64,000 nucleotides of DNA from a bacterium BMS3Abin01. GTDB taxonomy: Bacteria; Actinomycetota; Thermoleophilia; BMS3ABIN01. Under the pieces are notes generated by a model. The model was not told the origin of the DNA. It made no database searches and worked only from the letters and a program-made list of their open reading frames with translations. A program made the position numbers and the translations under genes. Positions 28,919 to 38,942 of this stretch are shown here, one piece after another; position 1 is the stretch's first letter, and every line of letters starts with the position of its first letter. The DNA is taken from assembly GCA_002897715.1 (NCBI GenBank), contig BDUA01000045.1:8495-72494 (forward strand), read 5' to 3'.

Positions 28919-28938
28919 GCGGCAGATCGCCGCTTTTT
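28919..28938 (+). terminator. weak intrinsic terminator after the racemase-like gene
   Basis: GCGGC-agatc-GCCGC followed by TTTTT. A TATAAT box at 28957-28962 follows, ahead of glmM. Confidence 0.35.
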
Positions 28939-29017
28939 CCCCGGGGCCAAAGGATTTATAATCTTTACCCGTGAAAACCCTAAGAACATCATCAACCCGA
29001 AGAAGACTGGGGCAGGT

Positions 29018-30349
29018 ATGACGCGCATGCTTTTTGGCACCGATGGCATCAGGGGCGTAGCTAACGAGTTTCTCACAGCCGAGCTGGCGCTGACCGCCGG
29101 ACGGGCCATAGTCGCGGTGCTGCCGGACCGGTCCCCCCGGGTCATCATAGGCAGGGACACCCGCATCTCCGGCCCCATGCTGGAGTCAGCCCTGGTCGCC
29201 GGCATCAGCTCCGCCGGCGGCATCGCCGAACTGGCGGGGGTTATCCCCACCCCGGCGGTCGCCAGCCTGGTGCTGAGTCAGGGGGCGGACGCCGGCGCGG
29301 TGATTTCCGCTTCCCATAACCCCTACCGGGACAACGGCATCAAGTTCTTCGGCGCCGACGGCTTCAAGCTCACCGACAAGCAGGAAGCGGGTATCGAACG
29401 GCGCATGGAGGCAGCCGCCGGCGCCGGACCGGAGCCGTGCGAGCCGGGAGCCGTCCACCTGCTGGCGAACCCGGTCGAGCTTTACCTCGACGATCTGCTG
29501 ACCGGGCTGGACCTGGATCTTTCCGGCCTGCGCATCCTGCTGGATTGCGCCAACGGCGCCACCTGGGAGAGCGCGCCCCTGGCCCTGCGGCGCCTGGGCG
29601 CCGATGTGTCTGTGACCGGCGCCGAACCCGATGGTTTCAATATCAACCACGAATGCGGCTCCACCCATGTGGATAAGCTTCAGGAAATAATGAAAACCGG
29701 GGAATACGACCTGGGCCTGGCCTTCGATGGCGACGGCGACCGGGTGATGGCTGTGGACGCCACCGGCTCCGTGGTGGACGGCGACTTCATCATGGCCATC
29801 TGTGCCGCTTATCTCAAAAGCCGGGGCCTGCTGTCCGGGGACACCGTGGTAACCACCGTGATGACCAATCTGGGTTTCCACCTGGCCATGAAGGAGTTGG
29901 GGATCACGGTCAGGACCACCGATGTGGGCGACCGCTATGTGCTGGAGGAGATGCTGGCGGGAGACTTCGCGCTGGGTGGAGAACAATCGGGCCACATCAT
30001 CAACCTGGAGACCGGGTCCACCGGCGACGGGCTGGCCACGTCCCTGCTGCTGCTCAAAGCCATGACCGGAACCGGCGTCCCCCTTCACGATCTGGTGAAG
30101 GTAATGCGGCGCCTGCCGCAGAAACTAGTTAACATCCGGGTGGCCGACAAGGACGCCCTGGACGGCGCCGGCGCCGTCTGGGAGAAGGTCGAGGAACAAT
30201 CCGCCCTGCTGGGCGACGAGGGCCGTATACTGGTGCGCCCCTCGGGCACCGAACCCGTGGTCCGGGTGATGGTCGAGGCGGCGTCACCGGAGCGCTGCCG
30301 GGATGTCTGCGACAGCATCGTGGCTGTGATCAGGAAAAGTCTGGGGTAG
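29018..30349 (+). CDS. glmM: phosphoglucosamine mutase
   Basis: MTRMLFGTDGIRGVAN, active-site SASHNPYRDNGIKFF, FDGDGDR and GGEQSGH. Confidence 0.95.
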   Translation: MTRMLFGTDGIRGVANEFLTAELALTAGRAIVAVLPDRSPRVIIGRDTRISGPMLESALVAGISSAGGIAELAGVIPTPAVASLVLSQGADAGAVISASHNPYRDNGIKFFGADGFKLTDKQEAGIERRMEAAAGAGPEPCEPGAVHLLANPVELYLDDLLTGLDLDLSGLRILLDCANGATWESAPLALRRLGADVSVTGAEPDGFNINHECGSTHVDKLQEIMKTGEYDLGLAFDGDGDRVMAVDATGSVVDGDFIMAICAAYLKSRGLLSGDTVVTTVMTNLGFHLAMKELGITVRTTDVGDRYVLEEMLAGDFALGGEQSGHIINLETGSTGDGLATSLLLLKAMTGTGVPLHDLVKVMRRLPQKLVNIRVADKDALDGAGAVWEKVEEQSALLGDEGRILVRPSGTEPVVRVMVEAASPERCRDVCDSIVAVIRKSLG

Positions 30350-30477
30350 CAACATCACGGCCGGAACCAGGCCGGCACCGCCGGTTTCGCCTTTGCAGTT
30401 ACCTGACATCAACCCGAAAAAGGACTGATGATGCGGCATTCGATATACATGAACAGGCAAAGCAGGACAAGGCCCCC

Positions 30478-32304
30478 ATGTGCGGTATAGTCGCCTACGT
30501 GGGCGCCCGGCCCTGCACCAGGCTCCTCTACAACGGACTGAGGAAGCTGGAATACCGCGGCTATGATTCGGCGGGGCTCTCCGTATTGAAAAACGGCGAG
30601 CTGGAGACCATCCGTTCCGTGGGTAACCTGGACAGCCTGGAGAAGGAGCTGGAGCGAAACGGTGACTCGGGAGCGAAGCTGGGCCTGGGCCATACCCGCT
30701 GGGCCACCCACGGGCGGCCCTCGGTGGAGAACGCTCACCCCCACAGCGATTGCACCGGCAGGATATCCATCGTCCTCAACGGCATTATCGAGAACTACAC
30801 CGGGCTGCGGCAACAGCTCACCGGCGAGGGGCATGAATTCACTTCCGAGACGGACGCCGAGGTCGTCTCGCACCTGATCGAAAAATATTACAGCGGCGAC
30901 CTGCTGGAGGCTATCCGAAAGACCTACGGGGAGCTGGACGGTCACTTCGCCTTCTGTGCCATCCACAGCGATCACCCCGGGCTTATCGCCGGAGCGCGGA
31001 AGGAGTGCCCCCTGCTCATCGGCATCGGCGAGGGTGAGAGCTTCATCGCCTCGGCCATCCCCGCCTTCCTGGCCGAGACCCGGGACGTCATGGCCCTGGA
31101 TGACAACGAACTGTTCGTGGCGACCGCCGACCGTGTGGAGATATTCGACCTGGACCGGCGGCCACTGGACCGTGAGATTACCAGGATCGACTGGGACGAG
31201 GAAGCCGCCGAGAAGGCCGGCTTCGAGACTTTTATGCGCAAGGAGATATTCGAACAGCCCGCGGCCCTGACCGACACCATATCCGGCCGTCTGCCCGGCG
31301 GCGGTGTATACCTGGAGGAGATGGCTATCCCCGACGCGGACCTGGCGGCCATCGACAAGATATATGTGCTGGCCTGCGGCACCTCATACCACGCCGGGCT
31401 GGTAGGGAGATATGTCATCGAGCGCTGGGCCAGGGTGCCGGTGGAGCTGGATATAGCCTCCGAGTTCCGCTACCGCGACCCGGTGCTGACCCCCTCCACC
31501 CTGGTGATCGGCATCTCCCAATCCGGCGAAACGGCGGACACGCTGGTGGCCATGCGCCAGGCGCGGGAGACGGGGGCCAAGGTGCTGGCCATCACCAACA
31601 TCATGGGCAGCCAGGCCACCCGGGACGCCGACGGCATCCTCTACACCCGCGCCGGCCTGGAGATCGGTGTAGCCGCCACCAAGACCCACCTGGCCCAGAT
31701 CGCCGCCATCCAGATGGTGGCGCTCCGGTTGGCCCAGGTGAAGGGAACCCTGCCTCCGGAGGAGATCAGCGCCATCTCCGCCGAGATGAGGTCCATCCCC
31801 TCCCTGCTGGAACGTTATCTGAAAACGGAGTCGGCCACCTACGAGATCGCCCGGCGCCACTACCGTCAGCCCTTCTTCCTCTATCTCGGACGCGGCATCG
31901 GCCTGCCGGTCTGCCTGGAAGGTGCCCTGAAACTCAAGGAGATCTCCTATATCCCCACTGAGGCCTATGCCGCCGGGGAGATGAAGCACGGACCCATCGC
32001 CCTGCTGGAGAAGGGCTCGCCGGTGGTAGTAATCGCCACCGATGGGCATATATATGACAAGGTCATATCCAATATCGAAGAGGTGCGTGCCCGTGAAGCC
32101 TCGGTCATCGCCGTCGCTTCGGAAGGCAATGATTCCATCCGCGACTACAGCGATGATGTGATGTATGTGCCCAGGGTCCGGGAGATGCTGTCGCCGTTGC
32201 TGTCGGTGGTGCCGCTGCAGTTGCTGGCGTACCATATAGCCCGGCTCAAGGGCCTGAACGTGGATCAGCCGCGCAACCTCGCCAAGACGGTAACGGTGGA
32301 GTGA
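30478..32304 (+). CDS. glmS: glutamine--fructose-6-phosphate aminotransferase
   Basis: MCGIVAYVG carries the N-terminal nucleophile Cys. Two SIS domains follow, and the C-terminus is LAKTVTVE. Confidence 0.95.
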   Translation: MCGIVAYVGARPCTRLLYNGLRKLEYRGYDSAGLSVLKNGELETIRSVGNLDSLEKELERNGDSGAKLGLGHTRWATHGRPSVENAHPHSDCTGRISIVLNGIIENYTGLRQQLTGEGHEFTSETDAEVVSHLIEKYYSGDLLEAIRKTYGELDGHFAFCAIHSDHPGLIAGARKECPLLIGIGEGESFIASAIPAFLAETRDVMALDDNELFVATADRVEIFDLDRRPLDREITRIDWDEEAAEKAGFETFMRKEIFEQPAALTDTISGRLPGGGVYLEEMAIPDADLAAIDKIYVLACGTSYHAGLVGRYVIERWARVPVELDIASEFRYRDPVLTPSTLVIGISQSGETADTLVAMRQARETGAKVLAITNIMGSQATRDADGILYTRAGLEIGVAATKTHLAQIAAIQMVALRLAQVKGTLPPEEISAISAEMRSIPSLLERYLKTESATYEIARRHYRQPFFLYLGRGIGLPVCLEGALKLKEISYIPTEAYAAGEMKHGPIALLEKGSPVVVIATDGHIYDKVISNIEEVRAREASVIAVASEGNDSIRDYSDDVMYVPRVREMLSPLLSVVPLQLLAYHIARLKGLNVDQPRNLAKTVTVE

Positions 32305-32313
32305 TCCGGAACA

Positions 32314-32691
32314 GTGCTTATCGGTATCGATATCGTGGAAAACCCGCGCTTCGCCCGCGCCATGGAGCGCCATCCCCGCCTGGTGGAACGCGTCTTTACC
32401 CGGGACGAGCGGGCATATTGCCTGTCCCGACCCAACCCGGCGCGGCACTTCGCCGCCAGGTTCGCCGCCAAGGAGGCGGTGGGCAAGGCCCTGGGGACCG
32501 GCGTCCTCTGCTGGCAGGATATCGAGATCAGCGGTGGTGGGCGGCCGACGGTGGCGGTGAGCGGCAGCATGGCGCCGGAGAACTCCGGACTGGGCGCCGT
32601 GGGCCTGTCCCTGTCAATCAGCCACGGTGAGCAGGTGTCTGTCGCCGTGGCGGTAGCCGAGCCGGCTCACATACCGGATACCAGAGGGTAA
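32314..32691 (+). CDS. acpS: holo-[acyl-carrier-protein] synthase
   Basis: LIGIDIVENPRF...FTRDERAY...HFAARFAAKEAVGKALGTG...SISHGEQVSVAVAV. GTG start. Confidence 0.9.
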   Translation: MLIGIDIVENPRFARAMERHPRLVERVFTRDERAYCLSRPNPARHFAARFAAKEAVGKALGTGVLCWQDIEISGGGRPTVAVSGSMAPENSGLGAVGLSLSISHGEQVSVAVAVAEPAHIPDTRG

Positions 32692-32706
32692 CCGCAAAGG
32701 AGGAGC

Positions 32707-34269
32707 ATGATGGACAACCACCATCTGCCACTGTATACAGCCGGGCAGATGCGCCGGACCGACAGTAACGCTATTAAGAAACTCGGCGTCCCCGGCGCGG
32801 TGCTTATGGAGCGCGCCGGCATGGCGGTGGCCGAGTACCTGCTGGAACACTTCTGTGAACACCACTGTTTCAAGGTGCTGGCGGGCAAGGGGAACAACGG
32901 CGGGGACGGTTTCGTCGTTGCCCGCCACCTGGCCGAGGCCGGAGCCGATGTGAGTGTCTTTGCCGTGGCGGACGCGGGGGAATACAAGGGCGACGCCCTT
33001 ACCAACCTCAGGATCCTGGGGAAGATGGGCCTGAAGGTGAACCATACCCCGGGCGATTCTGTTCTCAGGCGAGCCCTGGCCAGCGACTGCATCGTCGTCG
33101 ATGCCGTCTTCGGCACCGGCTTTTCCGGCGAACCCCGGGGCCGTTCCGCCCGCTTTATCCAGATCGCCGCCCGGGCCGCCGACAGGAGCGGCATCCCGGT
33201 GGTGGCGGTCGATATCGCCTCCGGGGTCGACGCCTCCACCGGTGTGGCGACAGCGCGGGCCCTGCCGGCGGACACCACCGTCACTTTCCATGTACCCAAG
33301 GTGGGACACTTCGTGGCGCCGGGAAGCTACCTCAGCGGCGATGTCATCCTGGCCGATATCGGCATCCCCGCAGCGGCGTCGGCCGCAGCCGACCATTTCC
33401 TTACCGCCGCCGACCAGATCGCGGCGATGATACCGCCAAAAATGGACCACGATAACAAGTTCAGCACCGGCAGAGTCCTGGTGGTAGGCGGATCGACCGG
33501 GCTCACCGGCGCCGCCTGCCTGGCGTCCCTCTCCGCCCTCCGCAGCGGGGCGGGCGTGGTTACCGCCGCCGTGCCCGCCAGCCTCAATCCCATCTTCGAG
33601 CAGAGGCTGCTGGAAGTGATGACGCTGCCGCTGGACGACCGGGGGGGCCACCTGTCTCTTTCCGCCCTGGACCGCGCCCTGGAGGCTGCGGCCTCGGTAG
33701 ACTGCCTGGCCCTGGGACCCGGGCTCGGCCGCGATCCCGGCACGGCATCGCTGGTCCGCAAGCTGCTGGCCCTCACGGAGGTCCCGGTGGTGCTGGACGC
33801 GGACGGCCTCAACGCCCTGGCCGGCAAGCCCGGGTCGCTGAGAAAACGCCGCGGCCCCACGGTGCTCACCCCTCATGCCGGCGAGTTGGGACGCCTGATG
33901 GGCGTCCCGGCGGCGGAAGTAGCCGAGAACGGCCTCCTGCATGCCAGGAACGCCGCCCGCCGGACCGGCGCGGTGGTGCTGCTGAAGGGATCACACAGTA
34001 TCGCCACCGATGGCAGAACGGTGCTGATCAATCCCACAGGCAACCCGGGACTGGCCACCGCCGGATCCGGAGATATACTCACGGGAGTGACCGCGGCCCT
34101 GCTGGCCAAGGGGCTGGATCCGCTCAACGCCGCCGCCGGCGCCGCCCTTCTGCACGGGTCCGCCGCCGACCTGGCCGCCGGAGAGCTGGGCATGGATAAT
34201 ATAATCGCCTCAGACCTGCTGAACTTCCTGCCGCCGGCATTTGCCGGACCGGAGGACAGCGACGCCTGA
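32707..34269 (+). CDS. nnr: bifunctional NAD(P)H-hydrate repair enzyme (epimerase plus ADP-dependent dehydratase)
   Basis: RBS AAGGAGG. The N-terminal YjeF_N domain contains GKGNNGGDGFVVARHL. The C-terminal carbohydrate-kinase domain contains GPGLG...TPHAGE...LKGS...GSGDILTG. Confidence 0.9.
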   Translation: MMDNHHLPLYTAGQMRRTDSNAIKKLGVPGAVLMERAGMAVAEYLLEHFCEHHCFKVLAGKGNNGGDGFVVARHLAEAGADVSVFAVADAGEYKGDALTNLRILGKMGLKVNHTPGDSVLRRALASDCIVVDAVFGTGFSGEPRGRSARFIQIAARAADRSGIPVVAVDIASGVDASTGVATARALPADTTVTFHVPKVGHFVAPGSYLSGDVILADIGIPAAASAAADHFLTAADQIAAMIPPKMDHDNKFSTGRVLVVGGSTGLTGAACLASLSALRSGAGVVTAAVPASLNPIFEQRLLEVMTLPLDDRGGHLSLSALDRALEAAASVDCLALGPGLGRDPGTASLVRKLLALTEVPVVLDADGLNALAGKPGSLRKRRGPTVLTPHAGELGRLMGVPAAEVAENGLLHARNAARRTGAVVLLKGSHSIATDGRTVLINPTGNPGLATAGSGDILTGVTAALLAKGLDPLNAAAGAALLHGSAADLAAGELGMDNIIASDLLNFLPPAFAGPEDSDA

Positions 34270-34309
34270 CGGACAAGCCAAAAGACGTGAAAGGAACATC
34301 GTGGACGAA

Positions 34310-34759
34310 ATGACCGCCGCAGATATCATGCAGACCGACGTGGTGACCATCAAGCAGGACGCTTCCGTGCAGGAGTTGGCGGAGCTGCTGGCCGAAAAGA
34401 AGATCAGCGGCGTTCCCGTGGTCGACGAGGACAACCGGATGGTCGGCATCGTCTCCGAGGGCGACCTGGTGGCGCTGGATGCCGACATCCATTTTCCCCA
34501 TTACATCCAGTTTCTCGACAGCGTTATCTTTCTGGAGAGCATGAAGAAATTCGATGAACGCCTGCGCAAGGCGGCGGCGGCCGAGGTGGGGCAGATCATG
34601 ACCACCGAGGTGGAGACGGTCCGGCGGGAAACGCCGCTCACCGAAACGGCCACCCTGATGACCGACAACAAGATCAACCGCCTGCCGGTCGTCGAAGGTG
34701 ACGTGCTGGTGGGTATCGTCACCCGCGCCGACCTGGTGAAGGCCATGGCCGGGAGCTAG
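34310..34759 (+). CDS. CBS-domain pair protein
   Basis: MTAADIMQTDVVTIKQDASVQELAELLAEKKISGVPVVDEDNRMVGIVSEGDL, plus a second CBS motif (IMTTEVETV...INRLPVVEGDVLVGIVTRADL). Confidence 0.7.
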   Translation: MTAADIMQTDVVTIKQDASVQELAELLAEKKISGVPVVDEDNRMVGIVSEGDLVALDADIHFPHYIQFLDSVIFLESMKKFDERLRKAAAAEVGQIMTTEVETVRRETPLTETATLMTDNKINRLPVVEGDVLVGIVTRADLVKAMAGS

Positions 34760-34762
34760 GCC

Positions 34763-35872
34763 ATGGCCCGGGCGCTGGCTACTGTAGACCTGGAATGCGT
34801 GCGCAGTAACGTCACGGCGCTCAAGCAGCGCCTCTCCCCTGATTGTTCCCTGATGGCGGTGGTCAAGGCCGGCGGCTATGGCCACGGCGCCGTGCCCGTG
34901 GCGCGCGCCTGCCTGGAGGCCGGGGCCACAGCGCTGGGGGTCGCCACCGTGAGTGAGGCACAGGAACTGCGGCGGGCCGGTCTTGAGGACAGCATCCTCA
35001 TCATGGGACCGCTCACGGGAGAGGAGGCCGCGTCAGCCATGGAGGCCGACGCCGATGTAGTCATCTGGTCGCTCCCCTTTCTCAAGGAGCTGATCCGCAT
35101 CGGTTACGGCGCCGGGCGGCGGGCGCGGGTCCACGTGAAAGTGGACACCGGCATGCGACGGCTGGGCCTTTTCCCCCGCGGGCTGCCGGAGATGCTGGAC
35201 GCCATCGAGATGGCTCCCGAGGTTGAGCTGACCGGCCTGATGTCCCACTTCGCCACGGCGGACGAGGACGATGAAGATTTCTTCCGTTTCCAGCTGAGGA
35301 CGTTCGAGGAGGCGGTCCAGGTGGTGCTGCGCACCGGTGCCGGAGCCGTCTTCCATTGCGCCAACAGCGCCGCCACCATCCGTTATCCCGAATCCCATTT
35401 CAACATGGTCCGCTGCGGCATCGCCGTCTACGGGCTGTCTCCCACCCAGGGGGACGCATCCGCCGACGGACTCCGGCCGGCGTTAAGGCTTACCTCGTAT
35501 GTCGCCGGCATCAAGCGCCTGATCGAAGGTGACCTGGTAGGCTACGGCTGCACCTGGAGGGCTCCGGCGGACACGGATATCGCCCTGGTGCCCATCGGTT
35601 ACGGCGACGGTGTCAGCCGGCGGCTTTCCAACCGGGGCGAGGTGCTCATCGGCGGCAGGCGCCGTCCCATCGCCGGCCGGGTGTCCATGGATCTGGTCAC
35701 CGTGGACCTGGGCAAGGACGCCGGTGTGCGGCCGGGGGACGAGGTTGCGCTCATCGGTCGCCAGGAGGAACAGGAGATCAGCGCCGAGGAGCTGGCGGGA
35801 CTGCTGGACACCATCAATTATGAGGTCACCTGTAATCTCTCGCCGCGGGTCCAGAGGAGGTATGTGCGATAG
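34763..35872 (+). CDS. alr: alanine racemase
   Basis: The PLP-lysine motif is AVVKAGGYGHGAV. The C-terminal domain reads VSMDLVTVDL...INYEVTCNLSPRVQRRY. Confidence 0.9.
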   Translation: MARALATVDLECVRSNVTALKQRLSPDCSLMAVVKAGGYGHGAVPVARACLEAGATALGVATVSEAQELRRAGLEDSILIMGPLTGEEAASAMEADADVVIWSLPFLKELIRIGYGAGRRARVHVKVDTGMRRLGLFPRGLPEMLDAIEMAPEVELTGLMSHFATADEDDEDFFRFQLRTFEEAVQVVLRTGAGAVFHCANSAATIRYPESHFNMVRCGIAVYGLSPTQGDASADGLRPALRLTSYVAGIKRLIEGDLVGYGCTWRAPADTDIALVPIGYGDGVSRRLSNRGEVLIGGRRRPIAGRVSMDLVTVDLGKDAGVRPGDEVALIGRQEEQEISAEELAGLLDTINYEVTCNLSPRVQRRYVR

Positions 35873-35895
35873 GTCCGGGCCCGGAAAGTCCAGCG

Positions 35896-37293
35896 ATGGA
35901 GGCCATCCGTGATTACATGGATACCGCCGGAGTGCGTGCCTGGCTGGTGGGAGGGGCGTTACGGGACCTGCTGTCGGGGCTGAAGCCGGCCGATCTCGAC
36001 CTGGTGACCGAGGCAGACCCCGTAGCCGCGGCACGGGGTTTCGCCGATAGTACCGGCGGCAGCTTCGTGCTTCTTTCGGAGGAGTTCAGGACCTGCCGCG
36101 TGGTGGCAGCGGACCGGCGGTGCACCTACGATTTCACCGCCATGCGTGGCGGCAGTATCACCGCCGATCTGGCATACCGGGATTTCACTGTAAACGCCAT
36201 GGCCCGGGGCCTCCCGCCTGATGCCGAACTAATAGATCCTTTCGGCGGCAGGGACGACCTCCGGGCCCACCGGCTGGCCGCTGTCAGCCCGTCTATCTTC
36301 CGGGACGACCCCCTGCGCCTGCTGCGGGCGGCCCGGCTGGAGTTTGCCGCCGGCCTGGTTATGGGCCGCGATCTGGAGGATATGGTCCGCGGACAGGCGG
36401 CGCTGGCCGGGCGGCCCGCAGCCGAGCGTACTTTCGGCGAGCTCGTCCTCCTGCTTCAGCTGCCCCATACCGCCGCCGCCGTACGGCGTCTGGACGATCT
36501 GGGCCTGCTGAAGGTCCTCCTGCCGGAGCTGTGCAGCCTCCAGGGGGTGAAGCAGAACCGGTACCACCATCTCGATGTCTATGAACATACCCTGGCCCAC
36601 GCCGAGACACTGGCGCGTATCGTCGTTGAACCGGCCTCTTTCTTCCCGGAGACAGAGGAACAGATCGTCCGGCGGCGCCGGCGCCCGGGCGCCGGCGCCG
36701 CCGGCTGGGATTTCATCATGGGCTTCGCCTCGCTGATGCATGATATCGCCAAACCCTGCTGCGCCTTTACCGACAGCGACGGCCAGACCCGCTTCTTCGA
36801 GCATGACCGCCGCGGCAGCGAGACGGCCCGCCGTATCCTTGCCCGCTTCAAGGCGGGAGCCCGGGTGTCCGGCGCCGTCTCCTTCCTGGTCGCCGGACAT
36901 ATGCGTTTTGAGAGTCTGATACAGGCGGGCACCCCCGGCCGGCGCGCCCGCCTCCGCTACCTGCGCGCGACCCACCCCTTCTCGCCGGAACTGATCATGA
37001 TGTCCGTAGCCGACCGGCTGTCGGTCCGGGGCCCCCTGGTATCCGGAGACGATATACGTAAGCACCTGCGGCTGGCGCGGGAGATGATGGTCCTCAGCTT
37101 CGCCGAAGAGGAGGTGGAGCCGCCGCCAAGAATTATTGATGGCGATGAACTCATGCAGGACCTGGGCCTGGGGCCCGGCCCGGTGGTGGGCCGGATCCTC
37201 GGACGTATCGAAGAGGAGCAGCGGCTGGGCAATATCACCACCCGGGAACAGGCCGTGGCCGCGGCTCGCAGGTTTCGCGAGGAACTGACATGA
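35896..37293 (+). CDS. cca: CCA-adding tRNA nucleotidyltransferase (PolyA_pol head plus HD domain)
   Basis: AWLVGGALRDLLSGLKPADLDLVT is the nucleotidyltransferase motif, followed by RDFTVNAM. The HD region reads HHLDVYEHTL...LMHDIAKP. Confidence 0.8.
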   Translation: MEAIRDYMDTAGVRAWLVGGALRDLLSGLKPADLDLVTEADPVAAARGFADSTGGSFVLLSEEFRTCRVVAADRRCTYDFTAMRGGSITADLAYRDFTVNAMARGLPPDAELIDPFGGRDDLRAHRLAAVSPSIFRDDPLRLLRAARLEFAAGLVMGRDLEDMVRGQAALAGRPAAERTFGELVLLLQLPHTAAAVRRLDDLGLLKVLLPELCSLQGVKQNRYHHLDVYEHTLAHAETLARIVVEPASFFPETEEQIVRRRRRPGAGAAGWDFIMGFASLMHDIAKPCCAFTDSDGQTRFFEHDRRGSETARRILARFKAGARVSGAVSFLVAGHMRFESLIQAGTPGRRARLRYLRATHPFSPELIMMSVADRLSVRGPLVSGDDIRKHLRLAREMMVLSFAEEEVEPPPRIIDGDELMQDLGLGPGPVVGRILGRIEEEQRLGNITTREQAVAAARRFREELT

Positions 37294-38174
37294 ACACAGT
37301 CGATACCGGACCGGCGGTGCCTGGCGCCCCTGCCGCCATCAGCGTCACCGGCCTGTTCAAGAGCTACGGCCCCATCAAGGCCCTGGATGGGGCCAACCTG
37401 GAGGTGCCCGAGGGGATGGTCTACGGCCTGGTGGGCCCCAACGGCTCCGGCAAATCGACCCTCATCAAGGCCATCTGCGGGATCCTGAAGCCTGACGCCG
37501 GCAGTGTCAGCGTGCTGGGGATGGACGCGGCTCGCGAGCGCTTCGCCGTCCGGCGGCAGCTGGGATATATGCCCCAGACCTCCTCTCTTTATGAAGACCT
37601 GAGCCCGGAGGAGAACCTGCGTTTCTTCGACGGCGCCCATGAACAGCCCGGGTCCCGGGAGCGCATCCGCGAAACGCTGAAACTGGTGCAACTCTGGGAC
37701 CGGCGCAACGACCCGCTGCATACCTTTTCCGGCGGGATGAGACAGCGAGCCTCACTCGCCTGTGCCCTGCTGCACGACCCGCGGCTGCTGGTCCTTGACG
37801 AGCCCACCGCCGGCGTGGATCCCACCCTGCGCCAGGATTTCTGGCAACATTTCCACGACCTGTGCCAGAGAGGCCGCACCATATTCCTCAGTACCAACCA
37901 AATGGACGAGGCGATGCGCTGTCACCGGGTAGCGGTGATAATGGGCGGCGGCATCCTGATAGCGGAGGCACCGCAGGCCATCAGGGACCGCGGTACGACA
38001 ACCGTGACGCTGGAACTGGCGGACGGCCCCCGCACCTTTGAGCTGTCCGATTACCCCGTGGAACTGCCGCGGCTTCTGTCGCGGTTCGGACTCCAGCCGG
38101 ACGTCCGCCGCATTTCCGTGCAGCAACAGAGCCTGGAAGACGTGATCCTCGACATGATCGCCGGAGAAGAATGA
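37290..38174 (+). CDS. ABC transporter ATP-binding protein
   Basis: Walker A GPNGSGKST, signature FSGGMRQR, Walker B LLVLDEPTAGVD. ATGA overlap with cca. Confidence 0.85.
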   Translation: MNTVDTGPAVPGAPAAISVTGLFKSYGPIKALDGANLEVPEGMVYGLVGPNGSGKSTLIKAICGILKPDAGSVSVLGMDAARERFAVRRQLGYMPQTSSLYEDLSPEENLRFFDGAHEQPGSRERIRETLKLVQLWDRRNDPLHTFSGGMRQRASLACALLHDPRLLVLDEPTAGVDPTLRQDFWQHFHDLCQRGRTIFLSTNQMDEAMRCHRVAVIMGGGILIAEAPQAIRDRGTTTVTLELADGPRTFELSDYPVELPRLLSRFGLQPDVRRISVQQQSLEDVILDMIAGEE

Positions 38175-38187
38175 GCGATTACCGGAC

Positions 38188-38937
38188 ATGATCCACCGCA
38201 GCTACATGATCGCCATACGCATCAACCGTCAGTTCCTGCGGGACCGGCGCTTCCTGGCCCTGTCGCTGATCGTACCCTTCCTGCTGATGCTGCTGATGAA
38301 GTATATCTTCGATTCCCTGCCGGGGCTGGTGCGGCTGGGCGTACATATCTCCGATTACGCTATCATGGTGGCGGCATACCTGGTGTTCTTCATCGCCTAC
38401 GTGCTGTCGGCCATCGTGCTGGTACGGGATCGGGCCATCGGTACCCTCAGCCGCATGTTCGTCTGCGGCTACCGCCGCCGCGAGATAGTCATCGGCTATA
38501 TCGCCGGCTACTCCACCATCGCCTCCATCCAGACAGCGGAGGTGCTGCTGCTGACGCGATACCTGTTCGATGTGCACCTGCTGTCGGCCATCGTGCCGGT
38601 CCTGCTGACCATGCTGTCGCTGGCCGTGGTTTCCGTGGGGCTGGGCCTGTTCATCTCCAATTTCGCCCGCAACGAAGGGCAGGTCTTCCCCTTCATCCCG
38701 CTGGTAGCCGTACCGGCGGCGCTGCTGTCCGGCATCGCCATACCGGTAGCCGACCTGCCCCGGACGCTTCAGTGGCTCAGCTACCTTGTGCCCCTGCGAT
38801 ACGCCGCGGACGTTCTGCGTGAGGTGTTGATAAGGAATGGTAGCTTCCTCAACGTGCTGACGCCGTTCTTCACCCTGATCGCTTTCGGGGTGCTGCTGGT
38901 GTCGCTGGCCAGCCTGACCTTGAAGGAAGGTGAATAG
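38188..38937 (+). CDS. ABC-2 type transporter permease
   Basis: 249 aa with about six helices. It immediately follows the ATPase. Confidence 0.8.
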   Translation: MIHRSYMIAIRINRQFLRDRRFLALSLIVPFLLMLLMKYIFDSLPGLVRLGVHISDYAIMVAAYLVFFIAYVLSAIVLVRDRAIGTLSRMFVCGYRRREIVIGYIAGYSTIASIQTAEVLLLTRYLFDVHLLSAIVPVLLTMLSLAVVSVGLGLFISNFARNEGQVFPFIPLVAVPAALLSGIAIPVADLPRTLQWLSYLVPLRYAADVLREVLIRNGSFLNVLTPFFTLIAFGVLLVSLASLTLKEGE

Positions 38938-38942
38938 CGCTC

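Noticed and set aside
30350-30477. Possible glmS ribozyme in the glmM-glmS spacer
   Set aside because: I could not find the conserved ribozyme core elements. The spacer holds only a short GC hairpin (probably the glmM terminator) and an A-rich stretch. The element is also not typical of this phylum.
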